A stretch of DNA of 64,000 nt from Nitrosopumilus sp. (GTDB lineage: Archaea; Thermoproteota; Nitrososphaeria; Nitrososphaerales; Nitrosopumilaceae), in the NCBI GenBank assembly GCA_963662625.1, contig OY759726.1, forward strand, positions 608,001 through 672,000. Direction: 5' to 3'. The notes under the pieces were generated by a model. It was not told where the DNA came from. It saw only the letters and a list, made by a program, of their open reading frames with translations, and ran no database searches. Made by a program: the position numbers and the translations under genes. Within the stretch, counting starts at the first letter, position 1. Each line of letters starts with the position of its first letter. Of the stretch, positions 50,401-58,992 are shown piece by piece.

Positions 50401-51683
50401 GTGGCGCCCGTGCCCACCCCGTCGCCGTCAAACGTCAGGGTGAGCGTGTCGGTGCCGGAGCCGGCGACCGCGGTGATGCTCCTGTCATCCTGGTCGGCGG
50501 TGGTGCTGGTGTCGCCGTCGGCGTCTATCACCAGCGCGCCGAACGTGCCCGCGCCGGCCAGGACCCGCTCCTGGGACTTTATGGTTATCGTGTTGGGGCC
50601 CGAGACCACCATGTACTTGTCGTCCGTCTCGGCGCCTTCTGCCGGGTGGTCTGCGAGAGCCGGCCTCTGGCCGTCGGTCACTATCACGTTCAGCCGCGCG
50701 GCCGAGTCGTTCGCAGACGTCGCGTCGTCTGACACCACGCCTACGTTGAGGAGGCCCGTGGCCGAGACTTTCAACGCGGTGCCGGTCGCCAGCGTTAGCG
50801 TGGTGGTGCCGTTAAGATGGGTGGCGCCGTCGTTGGCAAGCGTCACTATCTTGCCGTCAATCCTGATGTTGGTATAGTCCTCAGCCGTATCGCTCGCGTC
50901 GGACAGGGTTTCGGACCATTTCACCTGGATCTTGTCGGTGCCCGTGACCGTGGCCGACACGACGTACGGGGCCTGGGCATCAATCAAATCCTGCTCGGGG
51001 ACCGCGGCCAGCTCGTTCGTGGCAAGGTCGGCCACGCCGCCGGAGATGGCTATAGTCCCACTGGCCCCGGTCGAGGCCGGGGTGCCGTAGAAGGTTATGG
51101 TGTGCGTGTCGGTGCCGGAGCCCGAGAGCTTCATGATGTTCCTGGGCAGGTCAGTGGCGCCCTCGACGCCCTGGTTTATCTCCAGGGTGGTATAGTCGGT
51201 AATCTTTGCGACCACCCTCTCGTCGTACTTTACGGTGACCTTGTTCGGGCCGGTGACCGCGGTACCCGCGGCGACGACGCTGGGCTTGACGCCGTCGGTC
51301 GCCACGACGGACTCGTTGGTGTACGTCTCGGTGGCGTCGTCAGCCAGGTTTATCTCGCCGACCAGCCTCACGAGCGGGGTTGCAGAGGCGTCGAACGCGT
51401 CGGCATTAGCTATGGTCAGGGTGGCGCTGAGGTTATTCGTAGCATTCTCAACGCCGGTGGTAGCGGCACCGTTGACCGTAAAGTCAGCAGTGTCACTTAT
51501 GTTATCTGCCACTGCGGCCGCAAAGGTGACTATCACGGTGGTCTTGCTGGTGTTGTCCGCGCCGCCGGTCACCGCGGACTTGAGGATGCTGTCGGGGGCC
51601 GTCTGCGCGAAGGACTCGCCTGCCAATGAGAAAGCGGACACCATTGACACCGCGAGTATCGCGAAGAGTACCGTGTTGTTCAT
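44424..51683 (-). CDS. Giant secreted/surface protein, paralog of 35398-42765
   Basis: Signal peptide MNNTVLFAILAVSMVSAFSLAGESFAQ; same colinear architecture. Confidence 0.93.
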   Translation of the reverse strand: MNNTVLFAILAVSMVSAFSLAGESFAQTAPDSILKSAVTGGADNTSKTTVIVTFAAAVADNISDTADFTVNGAATTGVENATNNLSATLTIANADAFDASATPLVRLVGEINLADDATETYTNESVVATDGVKPSVVAAGTAVTGPNKVTVKYDERVVAKITDYTTLEINQGVEGATDLPRNIMKLSGSGTDTHTITFYGTPASTGASGTIAISGGVADLATNELAAVPEQDLIDAQAPYVVSATVTGTDKIQVKWSETLSDASDTAEDYTNIRIDGKIVTLANDGATHLNGTTTLTLATGTALKVSATGLLNVGVVSDDATSANDSAARLNVIVTDGQRPALADHPAEGAETDDKYMVVSGPNTITIKSQERVLAGAGTFGALVIDADGDTSTTADQDDRSITAVAGSGTDTLTLTFDGDGVGTGATATVTVKDSLTDVAGNVHALLAGDPVPAQVTDVAVYDGQAPTLVSAGITTANKVTVTFSEAMGGGTITATTGGVLTNITDFLVTGQRTASTLTSAAAHSSIPNAYDITFGSNDDVPPLASAPADSTGTISVGKGVLDSKGNPIVARSGVAVDASQRPAVKSIEITGPDQVTVVFTESVTAVQGDFNDLRIDGSATARTLSGISPGNGPSATYTLTFGGDKVGTGATATIDISKSVVDGATPPNAIGKVDIDNQPVSDGQRPEVELSITGPNQLTAEFTEPVIARMADFDGLTIGPTTGGEARKITGFAGSGSTYTMAFNGDPVADDATGYVDISGKVADRPAGNKFVVRDGDGAATEPVAGKYADVPVGDGQAPALESISITGPNQVTAKFSEAVKEPDGGDLKSAFVAFRLSDGNFRNINDVTSEPSASIKLTFGGTGVPTGTSGTVNVTGGIEDTSGNAFQVPSPPGYVNYAVKAGQIPTVLSAKVTGPNQLTVEFSESVSTFPGDYTDLRIDGSPTARAVTNVSTIAAAVELTFDGDPVGTDAVATVDIAGPIDNASPRNTLKPLQDKAVEDGQPPRVTVSITGPNQLTAEFTEPVATELADFDGLMIAAGTDSSNNVLYEDEARKITGFAGSGSTYTMAFDGDAVGTDATAKIDIMAGISDTSRGQNAFAGFSADGTKTPQTEGKFAGVPVSDGQAPLVLRGEFADANSIKIVYSEGVTANAVTSYPDLVFGANDNRDPAGGQFTTATHQLLFTGDDVDRSTTGVINNVTGVKDLADIALEAGSIKVEAMGDPTLLSARITGSDRVTVTFSEPVTASAADFTGLVVGDAVDPRNVTGAAGSGTDTITLTFDGPKAPVGTSGQMDVSDSIADLIGNALSPKTGYMVAAGQVPVLVSAAVTGPNQITVAFSEGVTAGASAFANLQLFPGGPRSVTAVSGSGTDTITLTFDGPAVSTAATALLDVTTGIVDNDGTAFVAVTGYRAEAGQPPALSSVTMSSDNQTNASQATVGDTVTLGFTASEAISLPAVTIDGNAADSVYNLTGNQWTASRVMQQGDTDGRLAFTIDYSDMDGNDGTRATATTDGSSVFYSNVGLSPLHVSSAVTGPNSVTVTFTEPVTASAADFANMTLIPGGVRNVTGAASAGSSVTVTFGGAAVPAYATASVTVGSGITDADGNMFAGPLNVAAADGQAPSLPFVGLASSNDDPGFATVGDTVTLSFTASEPISDPIVSMNGSTVQASNASGNQWTAARTFTDAASLGASITFSVDYADDSMNQGVRVVSTTDGSAVSTGQCPPGQEPHPYTSQCITPLAGNVKVGLLLSDAEGFKLAGEETILTSAKAVTDFNQWLADQGRDWTLVAPYTDTKFDSATTLAQVQALRDEGTDVVLGVPFSSSVGYVMDYVNTNGMVLVSCCSEAPSLAQPDNVFRMSPTSVSHAPILAQHIVDSGKNSLVIIYRDDTWGAGLLDAVTASYQARGGSVIAQVAYDPGTTDFAETAAEAETAAAGLDDTSGVGVLFIGVEKLVGLSAAASTTDTLPSLTWFDAGQNANNQNIVTDATALAFATSTGMTSIHFKEQRTDKTVEVMEHVRENLGRDPTTYAYSAYDAVWVAGMAIDRAQSATGTDVLPHVPAVAASRTSGAIGPNTLDANGDLALSNYNLWAVQGGAWKDLGTVSTPSVQGTVFSDADGNGAKGALEAGIEADVTLFNGSTSYTSRSNAGGYYSFSAVAGGDWTVQVAMPATHVPSVGQSFFETVTVAAGATQTVDFALEPLSASNYATVTGTVFVDADGDGTRGSGEAGMAGYTMYAIDALSGQSVTATTGPDGTYAFDSIAPAPRLTLVQTGYFPPGHTLSTDAFYSYVTPERRAVETFDVGFYPVPQSERVSLSVTAYMDANANGIRDAGEAAFPGAQVQIYSYTINTIDAITTGDDGVATKTDLLPANWQAQAYPPAGYVATAPADPVTGVAGAYTAVDPAPGSSVTMLIGLAASP

Positions 51684-52227
51684 CCTAGATCATGCCCTCC
51701 ATAGTTCCTATGGGTGGCAGACTCTCAAAAATGCCCTCTGCTGGGGGCGTGCAACGCTTGCATTCCGCCACGGTACGTGGCACTAGTACATTGAATTCCG
51801 CTTTCATGTTAGACTTACGTATGGAATTGAGTATATAAAAGTAGTGTTAAAAATTGCGGCGGCCTGGGATCGGAATGCGGGTTTTTTCATCCTGTGCCAA
51901 ACACGGACAGCTTGCGCTCCCGGCAGATGCAGGAGGCTGCAGGGCCGGGCCGGGGATCTCGCCGCCACGTTCTGCCGGGCCTTCCATAGTCAACGCACTG
52001 TCTACTCGTTCATTTTAGGCGTAATGGGTTCCTTTTCGAGCATGATGACGGGCATGAATTCTTCCACATGGTACGTGTTGGCGGCTCGCCGTTGGACGAT
52101 TTCATAATGCGCTGACTACAGTTGCCGCGTCTTGGAACGCGGTGCCCGGGGGCCGCCTGCCCGTGCAACCCGCTCGGGGCCGCCCTCCAAATCCATATAT
52201 GATAACGGTTGCGAAATTTTGTAACTT

Positions 52228-53235
52228 ATGGACGCCCCCCCGATGGAAAGGCTTGACCCGTCTGGAATGCACAAGGTCTACGACAGGTGGCCCGACATAG
52301 CACGCGACGCGTACGACTCCGAGATGCCCCCCGCGGACTTTGACGACGTGGACCACATAGTGTTTTCGGGAATGGGCGGTTCCGGCACCGTGGGCGACCT
52401 GTTCTCGGCCGTCCTCTCCAGGACGGACGTGCACGTGACCGTCGTGAAGGGGTACCTGCTGCCAAAGACGGTCGACGACCGGACGCTGGTGGTCTGCACC
52501 AGCGTGTCGGGGGACACCGCGGAGACCCTGGCGGTGGCTGCGGAGGCAAGCAGGCTCGGCTGCAGGATGATCGGCTTTGCCTCGGGCGGCAGGCTGGAGC
52601 AGTTCTGCCGCGAGAACTCCGTGGAGTTCAGGAGGATCCGGGAGTTCCTGAACCCCCGCTCGTCGTTCCCGTCATACGTCTACTCCATGATAAGGGCGCT
52701 GGATCCGATCCTCCCCATGGGCGGGGGCGACGTGAAAGAGTCGCTGCGGAAGCTGTCCGGCCTTGGCGGCACGATAGGCTCCGCGCACGTCGGCCCCGAC
52801 AACCCGTCCTACGCGCTGGCGCGCTGGATGCGCGGGATCCCGCTGATCTACTACCCGTGGGGGCTGCAGGCCGCGGCCACCAGGTTCAAGAACTCCGTCC
52901 AGGAGAACATGAAGAGCCACGCGATGACCGAGGACGTGCTGGAGGCAAGCCACAACGGCATAGTGTCGTGGGAGAACAGGTCCCGGGTGGTCCCCGTGAT
53001 CATCAGCGGGGAGGACGACCACGCAAAGACCGGGGAGAGGTGGGGCATCCTCAGGGAGTTCTTTGCGCAGAGGGGGATCGACTTCATGGAGGTCAGCTCC
53101 GGCGGCGGAAACATACTCTCAAAGATCGTGGGCCTCATCTACCGGCTGGACTATGCCACCATCTACGGCGCCGTGCTGCGGGGCACCGATCCCTGCCCCG
53201 TCTCCCCCATCGACTTTGTCAAGGAGAGGGCGTAG
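52228..53235 (+). CDS. Bifunctional phosphoglucose/phosphomannose isomerase (SIS domain)
   Basis: GMGGSG, SVSGDTAET, SGG, QENMK, EASHN. Confidence 0.9.
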   Translation: MDAPPMERLDPSGMHKVYDRWPDIARDAYDSEMPPADFDDVDHIVFSGMGGSGTVGDLFSAVLSRTDVHVTVVKGYLLPKTVDDRTLVVCTSVSGDTAETLAVAAEASRLGCRMIGFASGGRLEQFCRENSVEFRRIREFLNPRSSFPSYVYSMIRALDPILPMGGGDVKESLRKLSGLGGTIGSAHVGPDNPSYALARWMRGIPLIYYPWGLQAAATRFKNSVQENMKSHAMTEDVLEASHNGIVSWENRSRVVPVIISGEDDHAKTGERWGILREFFAQRGIDFMEVSSGGGNILSKIVGLIYRLDYATIYGAVLRGTDPCPVSPIDFVKERA

Positions 53236-53271
53236 GGGCCGGAAACGCGCCGGCGCGGGGGGCGCCCGCGG

Positions 53272-53721
53272 TCACGCCGGCGGCAGGCTCTTCCTGAAGC
53301 AGTCGCCCAGCCGCTTCTTGTACCGCACCTTCACCACGCCGCTGACCCTCCACTCGCACACAGTCTTCTTGCCGTCGCGGGAGGTGTGCGCCACCACCTC
53401 GATCCTGTCGCCCGGGTAGCCCCGCCACTCGGACCACTCCGAGAACCTCCCGTTGTACACGCACTCGCAGCCCTCGCTGCACCCGACCCGGCTCGACGCG
53501 TCGCGCTCGAGCCTCTTTACCACGAAGTTCTCAAAGTGCCTGACGAGTTCCTCGGTCTCCGGCTCCGTCGGGGTGGCGCAGTCGGACTGCTGGTCCTTTC
53601 CTGGCAGGTACAGGCGGGCGATCCTGAGGTCGTGCGGGTTTATCAGCCTCGCGTCATAGATCAGCTCGTAGCACTCCTGGCCGTCGCACGGGGGCATGTC
53701 TGTGTACTTGGCCGGCGGCAT
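53272..53721 (-). CDS. Cys-rich hypothetical protein
   Basis: 149-aa ORF with GC3-rich codons and AT-rich upstream region. Confidence 0.6.
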   Translation of the reverse strand: MPPAKYTDMPPCDGQECYELIYDARLINPHDLRIARLYLPGKDQQSDCATPTEPETEELVRHFENFVVKRLERDASSRVGCSEGCECVYNGRFSEWSEWRGYPGDRIEVVAHTSRDGKKTVCEWRVSGVVKVRYKKRLGDCFRKSLPPA

Positions 53722-53998
53722 TAAAAGAAGTTTCTAAAGGCTGCGGGGGCCCGGCTCCTGCCGCGGGGGCGCCGACCCGCGGCGCGGCTCCCCCGCACCG
53801 TCCCGGGGCTGGCCGCTTGCCCGGCGTCCCGCCCCGGCGCGTGCCGCCGCGGCGGCGCCGGATCCGCGCTCCCGCGGGCGCCCGTGCCGGGCCGCGTGCG
53901 GGAGCTGCCGGAAGGGGGCCGGGCGGCGGGCGGCACCCGCGGGGGGCGGCCGCGCCCCAGCTACGCTTTAAACCGGCAGCCGCCAAGGTAATCCAGGT

Positions 53999-55240
53999 TT
54001 GGCAAGAGACGACAGCCCGAGGACCCCGGGGCCCGTTGCGTGGGCGGTCTTCCTGTTCTCGATCGCCGTCGTGCTGGCCAGCTTCGTGTCGGTGTTCTTC
54101 CCGTCGCTGGTGCAGGTGTCAGTCGCCGTGGACATACCGGGCGTCGAGCAGGTCACGCCGGACCCGTTCGAGGCCGGCCCGTGGGCGGGCTGGGTGGCGG
54201 CCTCGTGGGCGGCCGTGTTCGGGACGTGGGCGCTGCACCGCATGCGGGCGCTTCCGGCGCCCGTGTCGCGGGGGCTGAGGGCGCTGTTCTCGTTCGAGGT
54301 GTCCAGGAGGGTCGCGCTAGCGTCGGTGGCCGCCCTGCTTGCGGCGTACGCGGCGGCCGCGGCCGGCGAGCTGGGGGAGGAGGAGGCCTACGAGGACTAT
54401 GCCGGGGTCAGGGAGAGGCTGGAGGGATGGTCCATAGGCCAGGCCGCCGGCTCGTTTGAGCCCCACGTCAGGTACCTCCTGCTGTCCGCGTCGATGGCGG
54501 TGTTCGGAAGCTACAAGGCGGCGCCGTTCCTCGCCAGCATCGCGCTGCTGCTGGTGACGTACCTCCTCACGGAGAGGATCACCGGCAAGCGGTTTGCCGG
54601 GATCGCGTCCATGGCGGTGCTGATGCAGAGCAGCGTGTTCCTGACGTACGACACCACGGTGTCGTACACGAACTTCTGGATACTGTTCTACATGGTGTCG
54701 CTGTACATGGCCTACAGGTTCTGGCCGCTGTCGCCCGTGGCGTACCTGGCTTCCCTTCCCGCAAAGGCGCTGACCGCGGCCTTCCTGCCGATGTCCATCG
54801 CGTTCATCCTGCAGTGCCGCATCCCCCGGGGGCGGAGGGTCGCCGCGGCGTCGGTCACCGCCGCGGCGGTGGCAGCCGTGGGCGCGGCGGCCGCCTTGGC
54901 CGGCGCCGCCTCCGGCGGGGAGGCTGGCGGGGAGGGGTACAGCGAGAGGGAGTTCTTGGCAGGGTTCGCGTCGTTTGCCTACCAGCTGCGGTTTGACTGG
55001 GCCGTCATGCTGTTCTGCGCCCCGCTGGTGGCGGGCCTGTTTGCGGCGTCCAGGAGCGGCGCGGGGCACGCGGAGTCGGTGATGCTGATGATCGCCGGGA
55101 TGCTCCTGATAGCGCCGATCCTCACCGGGTTCACGAACCAGACGAACCAGCCGTACAGGTTCGTGCCGCTGGCAGTGTTCTTCGCGATGGGCGTGGGGGT
55201 CATCCTCTCCAGGATGCCGGCCGGAGAAACGTCCAGATAG
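53999..55240 (+). CDS. Polytopic membrane protein (GT-C glycosyltransferase-like)
   Basis: Many TM helices, YED loop, C-terminal QPYRFVP. Confidence 0.7.
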   Translation: MARDDSPRTPGPVAWAVFLFSIAVVLASFVSVFFPSLVQVSVAVDIPGVEQVTPDPFEAGPWAGWVAASWAAVFGTWALHRMRALPAPVSRGLRALFSFEVSRRVALASVAALLAAYAAAAAGELGEEEAYEDYAGVRERLEGWSIGQAAGSFEPHVRYLLLSASMAVFGSYKAAPFLASIALLLVTYLLTERITGKRFAGIASMAVLMQSSVFLTYDTTVSYTNFWILFYMVSLYMAYRFWPLSPVAYLASLPAKALTAAFLPMSIAFILQCRIPRGRRVAAASVTAAAVAAVGAAAALAGAASGGEAGGEGYSEREFLAGFASFAYQLRFDWAVMLFCAPLVAGLFAASRSGAGHAESVMLMIAGMLLIAPILTGFTNQTNQPYRFVPLAVFFAMGVGVILSRMPAGETSR

Positions 55241-55670
55241 ACTCCAGCGTGTCCCCGGGGGCCGTCGGGTAGCCGTCGTGCGCGAACCTCACCAGGTGCG
55301 TGACCCCGCCGTCCAGGCTGTCGGACAGGTTCGTGCTGGCGACCAGCCCGTAGGAGTCGAAGGCCTGTACCTGCGCGCGGCGTATCACCTGGTAGTCGTC
55401 CCCGCCGATGCTGACGACGGGGTCGCTCCGGCGCGAGGCCTCAAAGTCCAGGAACGAGTCTAGGGCAGGGCCGTTTATGCTGGTGAACTTTGTGGACTCC
55501 GTGTACGCCACGAGCGCCCCCCCGGAGTCACGCAGCGTGCTCTGCACCAGGATGAACACCCCGTCGCCTATCTCCGTCTGGTACGCAAGCGCGCCCCCGG
55601 GCGGGAGGGCCGCAAGGCATGCCAGGGCAAGCGCGATCCCCGCGTACGGCAGCGCGGCGGCCCCGTTCAG
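55200..55670 (-). CDS. Hypothetical exported protein
   Basis: Frame stays open upstream of the called GTG (55559) through a hydrophobic signal-like stretch to the ThiF stop; start uncertain. Confidence 0.6.
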   Translation of the reverse strand: MNGAAALPYAGIALALACLAALPPGGALAYQTEIGDGVFILVQSTLRDSGGALVAYTESTKFTSINGPALDSFLDFEASRRSDPVVSIGGDDYQVIRRAQVQAFDSYGLVASTNLSDSLDGGVTHLVRFAHDGYPTAPGDTLESIWTFLRPASWRG

Positions 55671-57004
55671 CCGGGCCGCGCCAGCCCCCTGCCCAGCAGC
55701 TCGTTGTAGAGGGACACCGCGTCGTCCCCGTCCTTCGGCCCCACCACCATGGCCGACCCCGTCTTCATGAAGCTGACCGACAGCTCGTCGGTGCGCAGCG
55801 ACAGCCCCAGGTCCCCCTGGTTCTCCACCAGGAAGCCCCTGTCCCTCGCGGCGCGGGTCACCCCCTGCACGTCGAGTTCAAACGTCCTGGCCGGCGTGAT
55901 GGAGAACGTCCTCCTGCCGCCGTTCCGCCCGCAGAGCTCCTCCAGGATCATCTCCTCTGCGGCGCCCTCCTCTGCGGCGCCCGTGCCGCACGCGGGGCAC
56001 TCGTCGGCCCTGGAGGTGCGGGTCGTGGCAAAGTCGAGGCTCTCGACGTCCACGTGGAGGATCCTCCCGGACAGGGCCGGTTTTTTTGCCAGCATCACCT
56101 TGACTGCCTCGGCTACCTCGACCCCCGCTACTATGGACAGCACCGCAGGGTGCACGCCCTCTATGCTGCACGTGGGCATCGAGCCCTCCTCGAGGGCCGG
56201 GAACACGCAGTGGTAGCACGCGCTGCTCCCGGGCACCACGGTGAAGGCCTGCCCGGACACGCCCACCGCGGCGCCCGTCACGAACGGGATGCCGAGCCCG
56301 ACGCACGCCTTGTTCAGCGCGTACCTCGCGTTGACGCTGTCAAGCGCGTCGATCACGACGTCGCAGCCCCCGACCACCTCGGGCGCGTTGCGCTCGTTGA
56401 CGGAGACGGCCAGCGGCTCGATCCTGCAGCCGGGGTTCAGCCGGGCCAGCTTCTTGGCGGCGACCTCGACCTTGACCTGCCCCACGTCGCCCTCGTCGAA
56501 CATGGTCTGCCTGGGCAGGTTGGACAGCTCGATCACGTCCCTGTCCACTATGCGCAGGGTCCCGACCCCCATCGCCGCGAGCCTGGTCGTGATGGGGTTG
56601 CCCAGCCCCCCTGTCCCGACCACGCACGCCCTGGAGTTCTTGAGCCTCAGCTGCCCGTTGTACCCGATCTCCTCCAGCATGACCTGCCTGGAGAACCTGT
56701 CAAGCTCCCTGTCCGACAGCTGGCCCGAGCCTCCGGCCACGGCGGGCAGGATGTACACCTCGTCGCCGTCCCGGAGCTCGGTGCCCATCCCGTCGGAGAA
56801 CTTTGCGTTCTTCCCGTTTACGTATATGTTGATGAGCGAGCGCGGGCTGCCGTCCGCCTCGAGCACGCGCCTCTTGAAGTCGTCTCCCATGGACTCGGAG
56901 ACCCTCGCGAACGCCTCTGCCAGCGACGCGCACTCCACCTTGGACCTTACCTCCCCTCCCCCCTGGTTGAGCACGGACGGGACCGTGAACGTGATCTCCG
57001 CCAC
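55667..57004 (-). CDS. ThiS/MoaD ubiquitin-like domain fused to ThiF/MoeB E1-like adenylyltransferase
   Basis: INIYVNG...ILPAVAGG, then RFSRQ, VGTGGLG, SNLPRQ, CYHC and CPAC. Confidence 0.92.
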   Translation of the reverse strand: MAEITFTVPSVLNQGGGEVRSKVECASLAEAFARVSESMGDDFKRRVLEADGSPRSLINIYVNGKNAKFSDGMGTELRDGDEVYILPAVAGGSGQLSDRELDRFSRQVMLEEIGYNGQLRLKNSRACVVGTGGLGNPITTRLAAMGVGTLRIVDRDVIELSNLPRQTMFDEGDVGQVKVEVAAKKLARLNPGCRIEPLAVSVNERNAPEVVGGCDVVIDALDSVNARYALNKACVGLGIPFVTGAAVGVSGQAFTVVPGSSACYHCVFPALEEGSMPTCSIEGVHPAVLSIVAGVEVAEAVKVMLAKKPALSGRILHVDVESLDFATTRTSRADECPACGTGAAEEGAAEEMILEELCGRNGGRRTFSITPARTFELDVQGVTRAARDRGFLVENQGDLGLSLRTDELSVSFMKTGSAMVVGPKDGDDAVSLYNELLGRGLARPG

Positions 57005-58219
57005 CTACTTTACCACCGCCGATATCTGCCCTACGTCCGCCCGCATCACCCTCGGCTTTGGGAGCACCTCCATGATGGACTCGGTCGCCTTGAGCCCGTT
57101 GCCGGTGACGTAGCACACCACCGTCTCGTCCCTGTCGACCATGCCCTGCTCCACCATCTTCCGCAGCACCCCCACGGACACGCCCCCGGCGGGCTCGGTG
57201 AATATGCCCTCGGTCCTTGCCAGCAGCCGTATCGCGTCGAGTATCTCCCCGTCGTCGGCCTCCCCGGCGTGCCCGCCGTACTGTTCCAGCCGCCGCAGCA
57301 CGTACCTGCCGTCCCCGGGATCGCCTATGGCCAGGCTCTTGGCCACCGTGTCCGGGCTCTCCACCGGGACCACCTCGGCGTCCTTCCTCTTGAACGCGTC
57401 GACCACCGGGGCGCAGCCGCGCGGCTGGGCCGCGGCCACGCGCATTCCGGAGACGTCGCCCAGGAGCGAGACCTGCTGCAGCTCCTCGAAGCCCTTGCAT
57501 ATGGCGTTGAGCATGGCGCCGCTCCCGACCGGGACCACCAGGCGGTCGGGCACCCCCCACCCGAGCTGCTCGGCCACCTCGTAGGCGAGCGTCTTGGACC
57601 CCTCGACGTAGTGCGAGCGCATGTTGATGTTCACGATGCCTATCCCCCTGCTGTCCCCGATCTGGGCCGCTATCCTGTTCGCGTCGTCGTACGTCCCGTC
57701 CACCGCGATGTAGTTCGCGCCGTACGACAGCGCCTGGGTGATCTTCGCCATCTCGAGGTTGCTGGGGGCAAACACGTGGCACGGGAAACCGCCCCTTGCC
57801 GCGTGCGCCGCCGTGGCCGACGCCAGGTTGCCCGTGGACGCGCAGCCCACCGCGGACAGCCCCAGCTCCCTTGCCTTGGATATGGCGACGCCGGCCGGCC
57901 TGTCCTTGAAGGAGAACGTCGGGTTCACCGAGTCGTTTTTGACGTAAAGGTTGTCAAGGCCCAGCTCCCTGCCCAGGTTCACCGCCCGGGTCAGGGGGGT
58001 CATCCCCGCGCCGATGCTGACGATGTTGGACCTGTCCTCCACAGGCAGGAGCTCAAAGTACCTCCAGTACGTCTGCTCGCGGCCCGCGAAGGTGTCGCGG
58101 GACAGCCGCGGGAAGTCATAGGCGACGTCCAGCGGCCCGAAGCACTCGTCGCACACGTACCTGAAGGCGGTCTCGTACCCCTTCCCGCACTCCCTGCACC
58201 GCAGCGACGTCCTTGCCAA
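57005..58219 (-). CDS. thrC: Threonine synthase
   Basis: N-terminal zinc ribbon, NPTFSFKDR PLP lysine, ASTGN, TGNGLK. Confidence 0.9.
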   Translation of the reverse strand: MARTSLRCRECGKGYETAFRYVCDECFGPLDVAYDFPRLSRDTFAGREQTYWRYFELLPVEDRSNIVSIGAGMTPLTRAVNLGRELGLDNLYVKNDSVNPTFSFKDRPAGVAISKARELGLSAVGCASTGNLASATAAHAARGGFPCHVFAPSNLEMAKITQALSYGANYIAVDGTYDDANRIAAQIGDSRGIGIVNINMRSHYVEGSKTLAYEVAEQLGWGVPDRLVVPVGSGAMLNAICKGFEELQQVSLLGDVSGMRVAAAQPRGCAPVVDAFKRKDAEVVPVESPDTVAKSLAIGDPGDGRYVLRRLEQYGGHAGEADDGEILDAIRLLARTEGIFTEPAGGVSVGVLRKMVEQGMVDRDETVVCYVTGNGLKATESIMEVLPKPRVMRADVGQISAVVK

Positions 58220-58622
58220 GATGATTAGCTCCCTGCGCGCAATAGATAAAAAATCCTAATATCAAGTTAAGCATTGCTTTATTTTTCCCGCCTAAAAATT
58301 CAGCAATAGTTGAGGCAAACCACTACGAATGGATCGTCTGGGGCCAGATACTTGAAAAAAATCACCAAAGGGCGGGGATTTTTGCAAATCTTTCATGCCC
58401 GGGCACGGCATTTGCCGGTTTTTGGCGGCAGGCGCCATTCCGGGGGCCGCGCGGGGACGCGTCCAGGGGGTGCCGCCTGCCTAGGCTCGCCCCGGAAGGG
58501 CCGCGGCGCGGTTCCGCCGCCGTCCGGGCAATCGTTCGGCCGTTGCTCGGATCCCGGAGGCGCGGGGCCTGCGCGGCCGCCCCGTTCCGGGATGCGCGGC
58601 CGCGTGCCCCCGGCCCCGGGCG

Positions 58623-58970
58623 TCACTCTGGCCCGGCGCGCCGGAACGCCAGGCTGTTGTGGAAGCATACGTCCTTGCCCAGGTGGCACGCGGGGCCGGA
58701 CGGGTCCACCAGGTATATGAGCGCGTCGGAGTCGCAGTCCACCAGGACCTCCCTCACCCTCTGGGTGTTGCCGGACTCTTCGCCCTTCATCCAGAGCTTT
58801 CCCCTCGAGCGGCTCCAGAACCACGAGTTGCCGGTCTTTCCGGTAAGCTCCAGCGACTCCCTGTTGGCGTACGCCAGGGTGAGCACGTCCCTCGTCTCGG
58901 CGTCCTGCACTATGACGGGCACCAGCCCGCCGCCCTTCTCAAAGTCGATCCCGTCGACCGGCACGTCCAT
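58623..58970 (-). CDS. hisI: Phosphoribosyl-AMP cyclohydrolase
   Basis: WSRSR..LW.KGEESG, DCDSD, ACH...CF. Confidence 0.96.
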   Translation of the reverse strand: MDVPVDGIDFEKGGGLVPVIVQDAETRDVLTLAYANRESLELTGKTGNSWFWSRSRGKLWMKGEESGNTQRVREVLVDCDSDALIYLVDPSGPACHLGKDVCFHNSLAFRRAGPE

Positions 58971-58992
58971 GGCGTGTGGCGGGCCGCCGGGC

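Noticed and set aside
35398-51683. Diversity-generating retroelement acting on the giant proteins
   Set aside because: No reverse transcriptase in the window; both copies of the shared tract are coding, and the mismatches are not consistently at adenines of one copy.
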